From Caulobacterales bacterium (lineage in GTDB: Bacteria > Pseudomonadota > Alphaproteobacteria > Caulobacterales > Caulobacteraceae), in contig JAEKKJ010000011.1 in assembly GCA_019510435.1 (NCBI GenBank), positions 115,252-179,251 on the forward strand: 64,000 nucleotides of DNA, in the 5' to 3' direction. Below, piece by piece: positions 37,417 to 46,555 of this stretch. Numbering within the stretch: the stretch's first letter is position 1; each line of letters begins with the position of its first letter. Made by a program: the position numbers and the translations under genes. The notes under the pieces are model-generated. The model made no database searches, was not told where the DNA came from, and saw nothing but the letters and a program-made list of their open reading frames with translations.

Positions 37417-38063
37417 TCCGCGTCCCCGCCCCTCTTCGCCTGGCCCCTCTCCGCCTGGCCCTCCTCGCCTGCGCGGCCCTAAGCCTGAGCGGCTGCATCT
37501 CGCTGCTGCCCAAGTCCAAGCCGGCGCACCTCTACCGGTTCGGTGAACCGGTCGCGGCGGCGGCGCCGGACATGCCGGCCCGCACGGTCGGGGTGTTCCG
37601 GAGCAACGGTGCTTTCCAGCGCGAGTCGGCCGGCGACCGGCTGCTGACAGTGGATGGCGGCAAGGTGGCCTACATCGCCCAAACCCGCTGGGCGGCCCCG
37701 GCGACGGTGCTGTGGGACGAGGCGGTGCTGGCGGCCTTCGACGCCGATCCGGGGCCCGTGCGCCTGATCTCCCGTGGCGAGCCGGCCAGCGCGGCCTACG
37801 TCCTGCGCCTGGACGTGCGCAACTTCGAGGCGCGCTACGATCATGGACCCAAGGCAGCGCCCACGGTCCTGGTGCGCGTGCGGGCCGCCATGACCCGCGG
37901 GACCGACAAGCAGCTGGCCGAGAAGATCTTCGAGGCCTCCGTTCCCGCCCGCGACAACCGGGTCGGCGCCATCGTGCCCGCCTATGACAAGGCGGTCGGC
38001 GAGGTGCTGAAGGCCATTGTCGCCTGGACGAACCAGCAGGCCGCGCCTGCCGCGCAGAGCTAG
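37413..38063 (+). CDS. ABC-type transport auxiliary lipoprotein (PqiC-like)
   Basis: Lipobox LSGC, RWAAP, DVRNFEA; last gene of an Mce operon. Confidence 0.8.
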   Translation: MIRVPAPLRLAPLRLALLACAALSLSGCISLLPKSKPAHLYRFGEPVAAAAPDMPARTVGVFRSNGAFQRESAGDRLLTVDGGKVAYIAQTRWAAPATVLWDEAVLAAFDADPGPVRLISRGEPASAAYVLRLDVRNFEARYDHGPKAAPTVLVRVRAAMTRGTDKQLAEKIFEASVPARDNRVGAIVPAYDKAVGEVLKAIVAWTNQQAAPAAQS

Positions 38064-38962
38064 TCGGCGATCCCGGCCAGCCGTTTGGCGGCGGTCACGG
38101 TGTTCTGCAGCAGGCAGACCACGGTCATGGGACCGACGCCGTTGGGCACCGGCGTGATCCAGCGGGCGACCTGCAGGGCCTCCTTGTAGTGGACGTCCCC
38201 CACCAGCTTGGTCTTGCCCAGGGCCGCCTGCTCGGGGTTGTCGAACGGCACGCGGTTGATGCCCACATCGATCACCGTCGCGCCGGGCTTGATCCAGTCG
38301 CCGCGGATCATCCGGGGGCGTCCCACCGCCGCCACCAGGATGTCGGCCTCGCGGCAGACCGCCGGCAGGTCGGCGGTGCGCGAGTGGGCCATGGTCACGG
38401 TGCAGTCGGCCGCCAGCAGCAGCTGGCCGATCGGCTTGCCGACGAGCAGCGAGCGTCCCACCACCACGGCCCGCTTGCCGCTGAGGTCGCCCAGGGTCTC
38501 GCGCAGCAGCACCATGCAGCCCACCGGCGTGCAGGACACCAGGGCCGGCAGCCCGGCCACCAGGCGGCCGGCATTGACCACGTGCAGGCCGTCCACGTCC
38601 TTGTCGGGGCTGATGGCGGCGATCACCGCCTTCTCGTCCAGGTGCTTCGGCAGCGGCAGCTGCACCAGGATGCCGTGGATCAGCGGATCCGAATTGAGGT
38701 CGGCCACCAGGCGGATCAGCTCGCCCTGCTCGGTGTCGGCCGGCAGGCGGTGGGTGACCGAATGCATGCCGGCGGCCAGGGAACGCTCACCCTTGGACTT
38801 CACATAGACCTGGCTGGCGGGATCGTCGCCGACGAGCACCACCGCCAGGCCCGGCTGCAGCCCGTACTCCGCCCGCAGGCGCGCCACCTCGGCGGCCACG
38901 GCGACATTGAGCCGCTCGGCATGGACCTTGCCGTCGATGATTCCCGCCTGCGCCTCGCTCAT
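38060..38962 (-). CDS. folD: Methylenetetrahydrofolate dehydrogenase/cyclohydrolase
   Basis: [47 protein letters not shown]. Confidence 0.96.
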   Translation of the reverse strand: MSEAQAGIIDGKVHAERLNVAVAAEVARLRAEYGLQPGLAVVLVGDDPASQVYVKSKGERSLAAGMHSVTHRLPADTEQGELIRLVADLNSDPLIHGILVQLPLPKHLDEKAVIAAISPDKDVDGLHVVNAGRLVAGLPALVSCTPVGCMVLLRETLGDLSGKRAVVVGRSLLVGKPIGQLLLAADCTVTMAHSRTADLPAVCREADILVAAVGRPRMIRGDWIKPGATVIDVGINRVPFDNPEQAALGKTKLVGDVHYKEALQVARWITPVPNGVGPMTVVCLLQNTVTAAKRLAGIAD

Positions 38963-38979
38963 GGGCGCCTGCTACAGCC

Positions 38980-39441
38980 TCAGCCCCCGCGGTGCAATCG
39001 CCGCCGCCACGCCGCCACCGCCCAGGCATGGGCGTCGTGGCGCAGGGCCGCGACTGCGGCCTCCGGCTCCATCCACACCAGGGTGTGGTCCTCCTCGATC
39101 TTCAGCTCCGGCGCCTCGCCCAGGAGGCGCAGGATGAAGAAGGTCGCCAGGTTGTCGTAGGCCTCGCCGTCGGTGTTGACGAAATACTGGTCCGCGGCGG
39201 CATAGGCCTCGATGGCCGCCACCTTCAGCCCGGCCTCCTCGCCGAATTCGCGGGCCACGGCCTGCTCGGCCGTCTCGCCGGGGTCGATCGCCCCGCCCGG
39301 CAGGTCGAGCCAGGGCGCATGCCCCAGCTTCGCCACCCGCACCAGCGCGATGCGGCCCTCCTGTTCCACGATGCCGAACGCCGCCGGCCGGTCGCGGTAG
39401 GTCCGCCCAGGTTCCGGATCGCCGAATTGCGGACGCGCCAT
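38980..39441 (-). CDS. NUDIX hydrolase
   Basis: Nudix box GGAIDPGETAEQAVAREFGEEAGL. Confidence 0.88.
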   Translation of the reverse strand: MARPQFGDPEPGRTYRDRPAAFGIVEQEGRIALVRVAKLGHAPWLDLPGGAIDPGETAEQAVAREFGEEAGLKVAAIEAYAAADQYFVNTDGEAYDNLATFFILRLLGEAPELKIEEDHTLVWMEPEAAVAALRHDAHAWAVAAWRRRLHRGG

Positions 39442-40463
39442 CAGTCCACCGCGTAGAGGGCGTTGTAGGGATCGGTCTTACCGGACAGAACGTCCTGGAC
39501 GGTCACCGGGCGCCAGCCGACGCTGCGATTCAGGCTGGCCTGCCAGGCCTCGGCGATCAGGTCGCGCAGCTCGGAGGCGCCGACGGCCAGTCGCTGGACC
39601 GCGAACGCCGTGCCACGCGGGTCGCCCTGGGCCATGCCCCCGGCCTTCTCCATCTCGTAGAACGGGACGATCTCGCGGCTGGTGGCCAGAAGGTAGTCGC
39701 CAACCTGCTGCTCCACCGCGCAGTCGCAGGTCTTCGGCGGGCTCATCGCCTTCTCCACCGCCGCCTGGGTGACCGTCGCCTGCACCAGCGCGCCCTCGAA
39801 CGGCGCATGCAGCCGGGCGGTGGAATAGCCGTTGGGGTTCGGGTACTCGCCCCAGCCGTTGTAGTGGATCGACACGTGCATCGGCTGGCTGCCGTCGCCC
39901 ACGAAGTGCGACAGCTCGCCGATCTCCTCCAGGATCAGCGCCTCGCGCCGGGCGCGGTCGGCCTTGAACCAGGCCTGGTGCGCGGCCCAGGCGGGATTGG
40001 CCTCTGCGGCGGTCAGCACCCGCCAGTAGGCGAAGTCCAGCGCCAGCTGCTGCCAGCGGTCGAGGATCGAATACGGCAGGTAGCCGGTCTTCCACTGCTC
40101 CATGCCCGCCGCGCGCAGCTGGGCCTCGAACGCCTCGCGGCTGGGCAGCAGCGGAGTCAGCGGGGGGCCGGTCAGCACCTTGCCGTCCGAGACCCGGCCC
40201 TCGTCGGTCAGGTCGACGAAGTGCGCGGCTTCACGGTCGGTGTCGCTGGCCGGCCCCGCCCGCTTGACCCGGTCCGGCTCGCGCGAAAGTTCGCCCACGT
40301 CGGCGATCGCTTGAGGGGTGCGCAAGAAGGCCGGTAGGTCCGCCGGCAGCCCGCGCATCGCCGCAATCCCGATCATCCGGTGGCCGCTCCCGCCCCAGGC
40401 CAGGAGCGAGCTCGGCAGAGCGGCGAGAAGGGCGGCGAGCGCCAGGGCGGGGACGCGTTTCAT
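39441..40463 (-). CDS. Secreted S1/P1 nuclease family protein
   Basis: Signal peptide then AWGGSGH; HFVD, HFVGDGSQPMH, LH..FE zinc ligand pattern. Confidence 0.8.
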   Translation of the reverse strand: MKRVPALALAALLAALPSSLLAWGGSGHRMIGIAAMRGLPADLPAFLRTPQAIADVGELSREPDRVKRAGPASDTDREAAHFVDLTDEGRVSDGKVLTGPPLTPLLPSREAFEAQLRAAGMEQWKTGYLPYSILDRWQQLALDFAYWRVLTAAEANPAWAAHQAWFKADRARREALILEEIGELSHFVGDGSQPMHVSIHYNGWGEYPNPNGYSTARLHAPFEGALVQATVTQAAVEKAMSPPKTCDCAVEQQVGDYLLATSREIVPFYEMEKAGGMAQGDPRGTAFAVQRLAVGASELRDLIAEAWQASLNRSVGWRPVTVQDVLSGKTDPYNALYAVD

Positions 40464-40526
40464 GGCGCCCGGTGTCGCGTGCCGCCCGGCCAAACGCAAC
40501 CCCGCCGCGGGCCAATCAAGGGCCGA

Positions 40527-41108
40527 TCAGGCGATGTTCAGCGCCGCCTCCACCGCGCCCACCCAGCGGCGCACGGCGGGGTATTTCCCCAGGTCGAAGC
40601 CGCCCTCGTGGCTGACCCGGGTGTAGGCCACCAGCGCCACGTCGGCGAGCGAAACGCGCTCGCCGGCCAGGAAGGCCGAATCGGAGAGCGCCTGTTCCAT
40701 GCGCGCCAGCGCCGCCTCCCCGCGCTCCACCAGCCGCGGCTCCAGCTCGGCCACGGGCTTGCCCAGATAGGCCACCTGGAAGCGGGCCACCGCCACATAG
40801 GGCTCGTGGCTGTACTGCTCCCAGAACAGCCATTCGAACATCCGGGCCCGCTCATAGGCGTCGGCGGGGATCAGGCTGGAGCCCTCGGCCAGGTGCAGGA
40901 TGATGGCGTTGGACTGGGCCAGCGGGCGGCCGTCGTCGAGGATCACCGCGGGCACCTGGCCGGCCGGATTCAGCGCCAGGAACTGGGGCGTGCGACTCTC
41001 CTTCTTCAGGACGTCGGTCTCGATCCATTCGTACGGGCGGCCCAGGAAATCGGCCGTCCATTTCACCTTCAGGCAGTTTCCGGAGATGGAGTCGCCATAG
41101 ATTTTCAT
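40527..41108 (-). CDS. Glutathione S-transferase family protein
   Basis: SGNCLKV, LNPAGQVP, LAQSNAI..HLA, SLAD.AL. Confidence 0.9.
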   Translation of the reverse strand: MKIYGDSISGNCLKVKWTADFLGRPYEWIETDVLKKESRTPQFLALNPAGQVPAVILDDGRPLAQSNAIILHLAEGSSLIPADAYERARMFEWLFWEQYSHEPYVAVARFQVAYLGKPVAELEPRLVERGEAALARMEQALSDSAFLAGERVSLADVALVAYTRVSHEGGFDLGKYPAVRRWVGAVEAALNIA

Positions 41109-41295
41109 GCGCCAAACCCTCGATTGAAGGCTTGGCTGTGCCGCGAAAGCCCTTTTCGAGCAATCGATCTCCCGTCAGGGCGCCTGTTAGGGAAACTCAT
41201 AGCGCGGAGCAAACCGCCCTTCCGGGGTTGCCCCGGACGGCTTCAGCCGTTAGGACTCGCAGTCACCAGTTCAACGACGAAGGAGGACGCCGTCA

Positions 41296-41775
41296 ATGCG
41301 ACGCCGCCTCGCCGCCCTGGCAGTACTGACCGCCATCGCTGCCGCCTCTAACGCCCAAGCGGCCCCGAGCGATCCGGTCGGAGACCTGATCACTTCGGTT
41401 ATTTCCGGCGCCCTGCCCGGCACCGGGGTCTTCAACGTGAAGGCCACGCTCTACCACGCCGGCGCCAAGGGCGTGGGCCTGCTGGACAGCCTGGGCTGCC
41501 GCGTGGTGCCGATGCGCACCCTGGCGGTCGACACCAGCATCATCCCCAAGCGCACCGTGCTCTTCATCAAGGAGACCGTCGGCCTGAAGATGCCCGACGG
41601 CACCGAGCACGACGGCTACTGGTACGCCTCCGACGTGGGCGGGGCGATCAAGGGCCAGCACATCGACCTCTACACGGGCCGCAACGCCGCCTCGATGAAG
41701 CCGATGAAGGCGCTGAACCTCTCCACCATCACCGCGGTCAAGGTCGGCAAGTTCGACGGCTGCCCGCCGCAGTAG
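41296..41775 (+). CDS. Secreted 3D (Asp-Asp-Asp) domain protein
   Basis: GGAGG RBS, signal peptide, LAVD..IIP, ASDVGGAIKGQHIDLY. Confidence 0.82.
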   Translation: MRRRLAALAVLTAIAAASNAQAAPSDPVGDLITSVISGALPGTGVFNVKATLYHAGAKGVGLLDSLGCRVVPMRTLAVDTSIIPKRTVLFIKETVGLKMPDGTEHDGYWYASDVGGAIKGQHIDLYTGRNAASMKPMKALNLSTITAVKVGKFDGCPPQ

Positions 41776-41785
41776 ACGGCGCGGT

Positions 41786-41915
41786 CCCTCCCTTAATGGG
41801 GAGGGTGGCGAGCGAAGCGAGACGGGTGGGGAAGGGCCGACTGGGCTGCGTGTCCAGTCGTGAATCCCCCGCCCTGCCCGCCCCTGGCGGGCTGTCCCTC
41901 CCCATTAAGGGAGGG
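41786..41915. repeat. 130-bp palindromic intergenic element (REP/CIR/MITE-like)
   Basis: Exact 20-bp terminal inverted repeats CCCTCCCTTAATGGGGAGGG / CCCTCCCCATTAAGGGAGGG; internal hairpin GACTGG..CCAGTC; GAATC at 41862. Confidence 0.75.
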
Positions 41916-41925
41916 AAGGAACAGA

Positions 41926-42462
41926 ATGATCGTCCACAAACCGAACTTCTTCGTGCTCACCGGCGGCGGTGGGACCGGCAAGACGACCGTGCTGCGCCAG
42001 CTGCAGGCGCTGGGCGAACGGGTCGTCGAGGAGAACATCCGCGCCGTGATCCGCGAGCAGGTGGCCGCGGGCGGCCAGGCCGTGCCCTGGCTCGACGCCA
42101 CGGCCTGCCGCGACCTGACCACGGCCCGCGACATCGCCGATTTCGACCGGCTGGCCAGCGAGACCGGTCGCGTCGTGTTCGACCGCGGCCTGATGGACAT
42201 GTACGGCGCCAACGGCGTCGCGCCCTCGCCCGCCCTGGCCGAAGCTATCCGGACGCGGCGCTACAACACGCGGGTGTTTGTCTTCCCGCCATGGCGCGAG
42301 ATCTACCAGACGGACGGCGAGCGGCGGCAGGATTGGTCGCAGATGCAGGCCGTGTTCGACGACGTCCTGCGCACCTTGCCTGAGCTCGGTTACGAGCCGG
42401 CCGTCGTGCCCAAGGGCGACGTCACGGCTCGCGCCGCCTTCATCCTGGAGCGCGCGGTCTAG
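41926..42462 (+). CDS. AAA_28 / NadR-type P-loop ATPase or kinase
   Basis: VLTGGGGTGKTT, FDRG..D, FPPWREIY.TD.ER; ATG 41926 after GGAAGGAA. Confidence 0.8.
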   Translation: MIVHKPNFFVLTGGGGTGKTTVLRQLQALGERVVEENIRAVIREQVAAGGQAVPWLDATACRDLTTARDIADFDRLASETGRVVFDRGLMDMYGANGVAPSPALAEAIRTRRYNTRVFVFPPWREIYQTDGERRQDWSQMQAVFDDVLRTLPELGYEPAVVPKGDVTARAAFILERAV

Positions 42463-43292
42463 GTCTCGACGAAGGCCCGCTCGAGCACGAAGTCGCCGGG
42501 CGCGGCGATCGAGCCCTCGACGTAGCCCAGGTCCAGCAGCTGCTGCTTCAGGTCGGCCAGCACCGAAGGGCCGCCGCACAGCATCACCCGATCCTGCGCC
42601 GGATCGAACGGCGGATTGCCCAGGTCTGCGAACAGCTGGCCCGAGGCGATCAGGTCGGTGATCCGGCCCTGGGTGCGGAACGGCTCGCGCGTCACCGTGG
42701 GGTAGTAGCGCAGCTTGTCGCCGATGATTTCGCCCAGGATCTCGTCCTTGGGCAGCTCGTCCTCGAACAGCTCGCGGTAGTTCAGGTCGGCGACCTCGCG
42801 CACCGTGTGGGTCACGATCACCTGCTCGAAGCGCTCATAGACGTCGGGGTCGCGGGCCAGCGACAGCCAGGGCGCAAGACCGGTGCCGGTGCCCAGCATG
42901 TAGAGCCGCTTGCCCGGCTTCAGCCCGTCCAGCACCAGGGTGCCGGTGGGCTTGCGGCCGATCAGGACCGGGTCGCCCACCTTCAGGTGCTGCAGCCGCG
43001 AGGTCAGCGGGCCGTCCGGCACCTTGATCGAATAGAACTCCAGCTCCTCGTGCCAGGCCGGCGAGGCGATGGAATAGGCGCGCACCAGCGGCTTGCCGTC
43101 CTCCTTGGCCAGGCCGACCATCACGAACTGGCCGCTCTGGAAGCGGAAGCCCGGGTCGCGGGTGGTGCGGAACGAGAACAGGGTGGGCGTCCAGTGATGG
43201 ACCCACGTCACGGTCTCGACGAAGAAGGCGCCGGACGCCTTCAGTCCGCCCGCGGCGGCAGGGGCCGGCTGGGCCAGGGTCACGTCATTCAT
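42459..43292 (-). CDS. fpr: Ferredoxin (flavodoxin)-NADP+ reductase
   Basis: RAYSIASP, VPDGPLTSRL, GTGTGLAP, YYPTVTRE, MLCG, ERAFVE. Confidence 0.93.
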   Translation of the reverse strand: MNDVTLAQPAPAAAGGLKASGAFFVETVTWVHHWTPTLFSFRTTRDPGFRFQSGQFVMVGLAKEDGKPLVRAYSIASPAWHEELEFYSIKVPDGPLTSRLQHLKVGDPVLIGRKPTGTLVLDGLKPGKRLYMLGTGTGLAPWLSLARDPDVYERFEQVIVTHTVREVADLNYRELFEDELPKDEILGEIIGDKLRYYPTVTREPFRTQGRITDLIASGQLFADLGNPPFDPAQDRVMLCGGPSVLADLKQQLLDLGYVEGSIAAPGDFVLERAFVET

Positions 43293-43304
43293 TCCTGAAA
43301 AGCC

Positions 43305-44051
43305 TCAGATATCGCCGCCGACGTTATTCGGCGTCCCCGGCGCACGCGCCAGATGGATACCGCACTCGGTCTTGTCCAGACCTTTCCAGCGGCCGGCGCG
43401 GACGTCGTCGCCCGCCTCCGCCGGCTGGGTGCAGGGCCAGCAGCCGATCGAGGGGAACCCCTGGGCCACCAGCGGGTGCGGCGGCAGCTCGTGCTCGGCC
43501 GCGTACGCGTCGAGGTCTGCCTTGCCCCAGTTGGCGAGGGGGTTGAACTTGACCTTGCCGTCGGACTGCTCGACCACCGGCAGGTTCATCCGGTCGCCGC
43601 CGTGGAAGCGCTTGCGGCCAGTGATCCAGGCGTCGAACTCTCCCAGGGCCCGGTCCAGGGGCAGCACCTTGCGGATGTGGCAGCAGGCGTCGGTGTCGCT
43701 CTGCCACAGCTTGGCCTGCGGATCGTCGGTGGCCAGGTCGTTGTAGGCGGGGCGCAGGTCGCGGACGTTGGTCAGGCCCAACCGGTCGGCCAGGGCCTTG
43801 CGGTAGTCCAGCGTCTGGCCGAACAGCATGCCGGTGTCGAGGAACAGGACCGCGATGTTCGGGTCCACCTTGGCGGCGATGTCCAAGAGCACGGCCGATT
43901 CCGCCCCGAAGGACGAGACCAGGGCCAGGCGGTCGCCGAACATCTCGACGGCGGCCTCCAGGACGGTGCGGGGATGGGCGTGGCGCAGCTCTGCGTCCAG
44001 GCGCAGGGCGGCCGACAGGGTGCGGTCGACGGCGTCGTAGGCCAAGGTCAT
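43305..44051 (-). CDS. cysH: Phosphoadenosine/adenosine phosphosulfate reductase, Fe-S (APS reductase) type
   Basis: SSFGAES, FLDTG, CCHIRK, SIGCWPCT, RAGRW, KTECGIH. Confidence 0.92.
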   Translation of the reverse strand: MTLAYDAVDRTLSAALRLDAELRHAHPRTVLEAAVEMFGDRLALVSSFGAESAVLLDIAAKVDPNIAVLFLDTGMLFGQTLDYRKALADRLGLTNVRDLRPAYNDLATDDPQAKLWQSDTDACCHIRKVLPLDRALGEFDAWITGRKRFHGGDRMNLPVVEQSDGKVKFNPLANWGKADLDAYAAEHELPPHPLVAQGFPSIGCWPCTQPAEAGDDVRAGRWKGLDKTECGIHLARAPGTPNNVGGDI

Positions 44052-44548
44052 GCCTCCCGCTCCGCAAAGGCCGGCGTACGGCCGTCGGCGGCGCGCTGGT
44101 AGACGTGCCGGAAGCGCCGGGTGGCGGCTTCCCACTGCTGCGCGCCCGTCCCGTCGGCCGGCTCGAAGGCGTCGAACCCACAACGGAGCATGAAGTGGGC
44201 CTGCTCGCGCAGCACATCGCCCACGGCCCGCACCTCGCCGGCATATCCGAACCGCTCGCGCAGGATCCGAGCGCTGGAATAGGGCCGCCCGTCGCGGAAC
44301 TTCGGGAACTCCAGGGCCACCACCGCAATCCGCGGCAGGTCGTAGGCCAGGGCCTCGACCTCTTCGTCGCTCTTCAGGCGCACGCCCACGGCGCGGCCCT
44401 CGGAGAGCAGGCGGTCGCCCTCGGCCTGGAAGCGCGACAGCGACAGGATCACGTCGCCCGGAACCAGGTCCTGGTCGTCGGCCAGGGTCGTGAACGGGTC
44501 TTCGGCGGGATACAGGTTGCCGTCGCGAAGCTTAATGCGCATCGGCAT
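44048..44548 (-). CDS. DUF934 family protein
   Basis: FPKFRDGRPYS.AR.LRER.GY.GE.RA.GDVL..Q..FM.RCGFD; typical cysI neighbour. Confidence 0.88.
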   Translation of the reverse strand: MPMRIKLRDGNLYPAEDPFTTLADDQDLVPGDVILSLSRFQAEGDRLLSEGRAVGVRLKSDEEVEALAYDLPRIAVVALEFPKFRDGRPYSSARILRERFGYAGEVRAVGDVLREQAHFMLRCGFDAFEPADGTGAQQWEAATRRFRHVYQRAADGRTPAFAEREA

Positions 44549-46187
44549 AGACAGCCTCCTTGAACGGGGTGACTCCGGTGCGGCGGAAGGTGTCGAGGAA
44601 GCGCTCGCCATCCTTGCGCTCGCGCAGATAGACCTCGACCATCTGCTCGATGGCGTCGGTGACCTTGTCGGCGGGGAGCGCCGGACCCAGCATCTGGCCG
44701 AGGCTGGCGTCCTCTTCGCCCGAGCCGCCCAGGGTGAGCTGGTAGAACTCCTCGCCCTTCTTATCGACGCCCAGGATGCCGATGTGGCCCACGTGGTGGT
44801 GGCCACAGGCGTTGATGCAGCCGCTGATCTTGATCTTCAGCTCGCCCACCTGCTCGGCCCGCACCGGATCGGCGAACCGCTCGGCGATGTGCTGGGCGAT
44901 CGGGATCGCCCGCGCATTGGCCAGGGCGCAGTAGTCCAGGCCCGGGCAGGCGATGATGTCGCTGATCAGGTCCATGTTCGGCGTCGCCAGGCCGGCCGCC
45001 GCCAGGGCCGCATGCACCGCCGGCACGTCGTCCAGCTTCACGTGCGGCAGGATCAGGTTCTGGTTGTAGTTGACCCGCAGCTCGTCCAGCGAGAACCGCT
45101 CGGCGAGATCCGCCACCACGTTCATCTGCTCGGAGGTGATGTCCCCCGGCGTCAGGCCCGGCGTCTTCAGCGAGACGTCGACCAGCGCATAGCCGGGCGC
45201 CTTATGCGGATGGACGTTGTGGCGGAGAAAGCGCGCGAAGGCCGCATCGCCCGCCTTGGCCCGCTCCAGCGCCTCGGAGCGCGGCGACAGGGTCTCGAAT
45301 TGCGGCGTGAACTCGGCGCGGATGCGGGCCAGCTCGGTGTCCGGCAGGTCGGTCCGCTCGTGGTCGGCCTTGGCCCACTCGGCCTCGACCTGGCGCCCGA
45401 ATTCCTCGGCGCCCAGCGAGGCGACCAGTACCTTGATCCGCGCCTTCCAGATGTTGTCCCGCCGGCCGTAGCGATTGTAGACCCGCAGGATGGCCTCCAG
45501 GTACGACAGCAGGTGCCGGGTCGGCAGGAACTCGCGGATCGTCGAGCCGAGGTAGGGCGTCCGGCCGAGGCCCCCGCCCACCATCACCTCGAAGCCCAGC
45601 TCGCCGTTGCGGCCGCGACGCATGGCCAGGCCGATGTCGTAGATCTTGGTGGCCGCGCGGTCCTTGGCGGCCGCGGTCACCGCGATCTTGAACTTGCGCG
45701 GCAGGAAGCTGAACTCCGGGTGCAAGGTCGACCACTGGCGGATCGCCTCGGCCCACACCCGCGGGTCGTCCAGTTCGTCGGCCGTCGCGCCGGCGTAGGG
45801 GTCGGCGGTCACGTTGCGGATCGTGTTGCCGGAGGTCTGCATGGAATGCATCTCGACCTCGGCCAGATGCTCCAGGATCTGCGGGGCGTCCCGCAGCTTG
45901 ATCCAGTGCAGCTGCAGGTTCGTCCGCGTGGTGAAGTGGCCGTAGCCCTGGTCGTAGGTCTTGGCGATCCAGGCCAGCTTGCGCAGCTTGGCCGCGTTCA
46001 GCGTGCCGTACGGGATCGCGATGCGCAGCATGTAGGCGTGGAGCTGCAGGTAGAGGCCGTTCAGCAGCCGGATCGGCTTGAACTGGTCCTCGGTGATCTC
46101 CCCGGCCAGCCGCCGCTCGACCTGCTCGCGGAACTCCGCGGTGCGGTCGGCCACGAACGCCTTGTCGATGTTGTCGTAGCGATACAT
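44532..46187 (-). CDS. cysI: Sulfite/nitrite reductase hemoprotein
   Basis: ATG 46187 (MYRYD); GHFTTRTNLQ, LPRKFKI, CPGLDYC and SGCINACG siroheme/4Fe-4S ligands. Confidence 0.93.
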   Translation of the reverse strand: MYRYDNIDKAFVADRTAEFREQVERRLAGEITEDQFKPIRLLNGLYLQLHAYMLRIAIPYGTLNAAKLRKLAWIAKTYDQGYGHFTTRTNLQLHWIKLRDAPQILEHLAEVEMHSMQTSGNTIRNVTADPYAGATADELDDPRVWAEAIRQWSTLHPEFSFLPRKFKIAVTAAAKDRAATKIYDIGLAMRRGRNGELGFEVMVGGGLGRTPYLGSTIREFLPTRHLLSYLEAILRVYNRYGRRDNIWKARIKVLVASLGAEEFGRQVEAEWAKADHERTDLPDTELARIRAEFTPQFETLSPRSEALERAKAGDAAFARFLRHNVHPHKAPGYALVDVSLKTPGLTPGDITSEQMNVVADLAERFSLDELRVNYNQNLILPHVKLDDVPAVHAALAAAGLATPNMDLISDIIACPGLDYCALANARAIPIAQHIAERFADPVRAEQVGELKIKISGCINACGHHHVGHIGILGVDKKGEEFYQLTLGGSGEEDASLGQMLGPALPADKVTDAIEQMVEVYLRERKDGERFLDTFRRTGVTPFKEAVYADAH

Positions 46188-46195
46188 CGAGGGCC

Positions 46196-46555
46196 TCACT
46201 TGCGCTTGATCAGGTTGACGCGGCCGGTAGAGCGGGCCGCGCCGTGGGCATGCTGCAGGGCCGCGATGTCGTCGCCGCCCAGGGCCTGCTTGCCGTGCTG
46301 GGGATGGTTCGAGGGACCCAGCGCGCGGATGCGCTCGCGGAAGCTCAAGGGCGCCCACAGCCCTTCGGACTGGATCACGTCGATCAGATAGGGGTCGACG
46401 ACCACGGTCTGCTGCGACTTGGCCTCACCTTCGGTGGTCTCGGCCACGGCGGCGTCTTCGAACAGCTGGGCGTCCTTGAACCGCGGGACCCACTGGCCCT
46501 GGTTCCAGAACACGGCCTCGCCGTCGGCGAGACGATTGGCGGTCAAGGCCTTCAT
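46196..46555 (-). CDS. DUF2849 family protein
   Basis: MKALTANRLADGEAVF, VVDPYLIDV, RERIRALGPS. Confidence 0.85.
   Translation of the reverse strand: MKALTANRLADGEAVFWNQGQWVPRFKDAQLFEDAAVAETTEGEAKSQQTVVVDPYLIDVIQSEGLWAPLSFRERIRALGPSNHPQHGKQALGGDDIAALQHAHGAARSTGRVNLIKRK

Noticed and set aside
41150-41295. c-di-AMP (ydaO) or c-di-GMP-I riboswitch upstream of the 3D-domain gene
   Set aside because: GCAAACC is present, but the GNRA loop/receptor and the ydaO core motifs are not; reported only as an unclassified structured leader.
41860-41925. Track start at 41860 for the AAA_28 ATPase
   Set aside because: The extra 22 residues are a translation of the palindromic repeat; ATG 41926 has its own purine-rich RBS.
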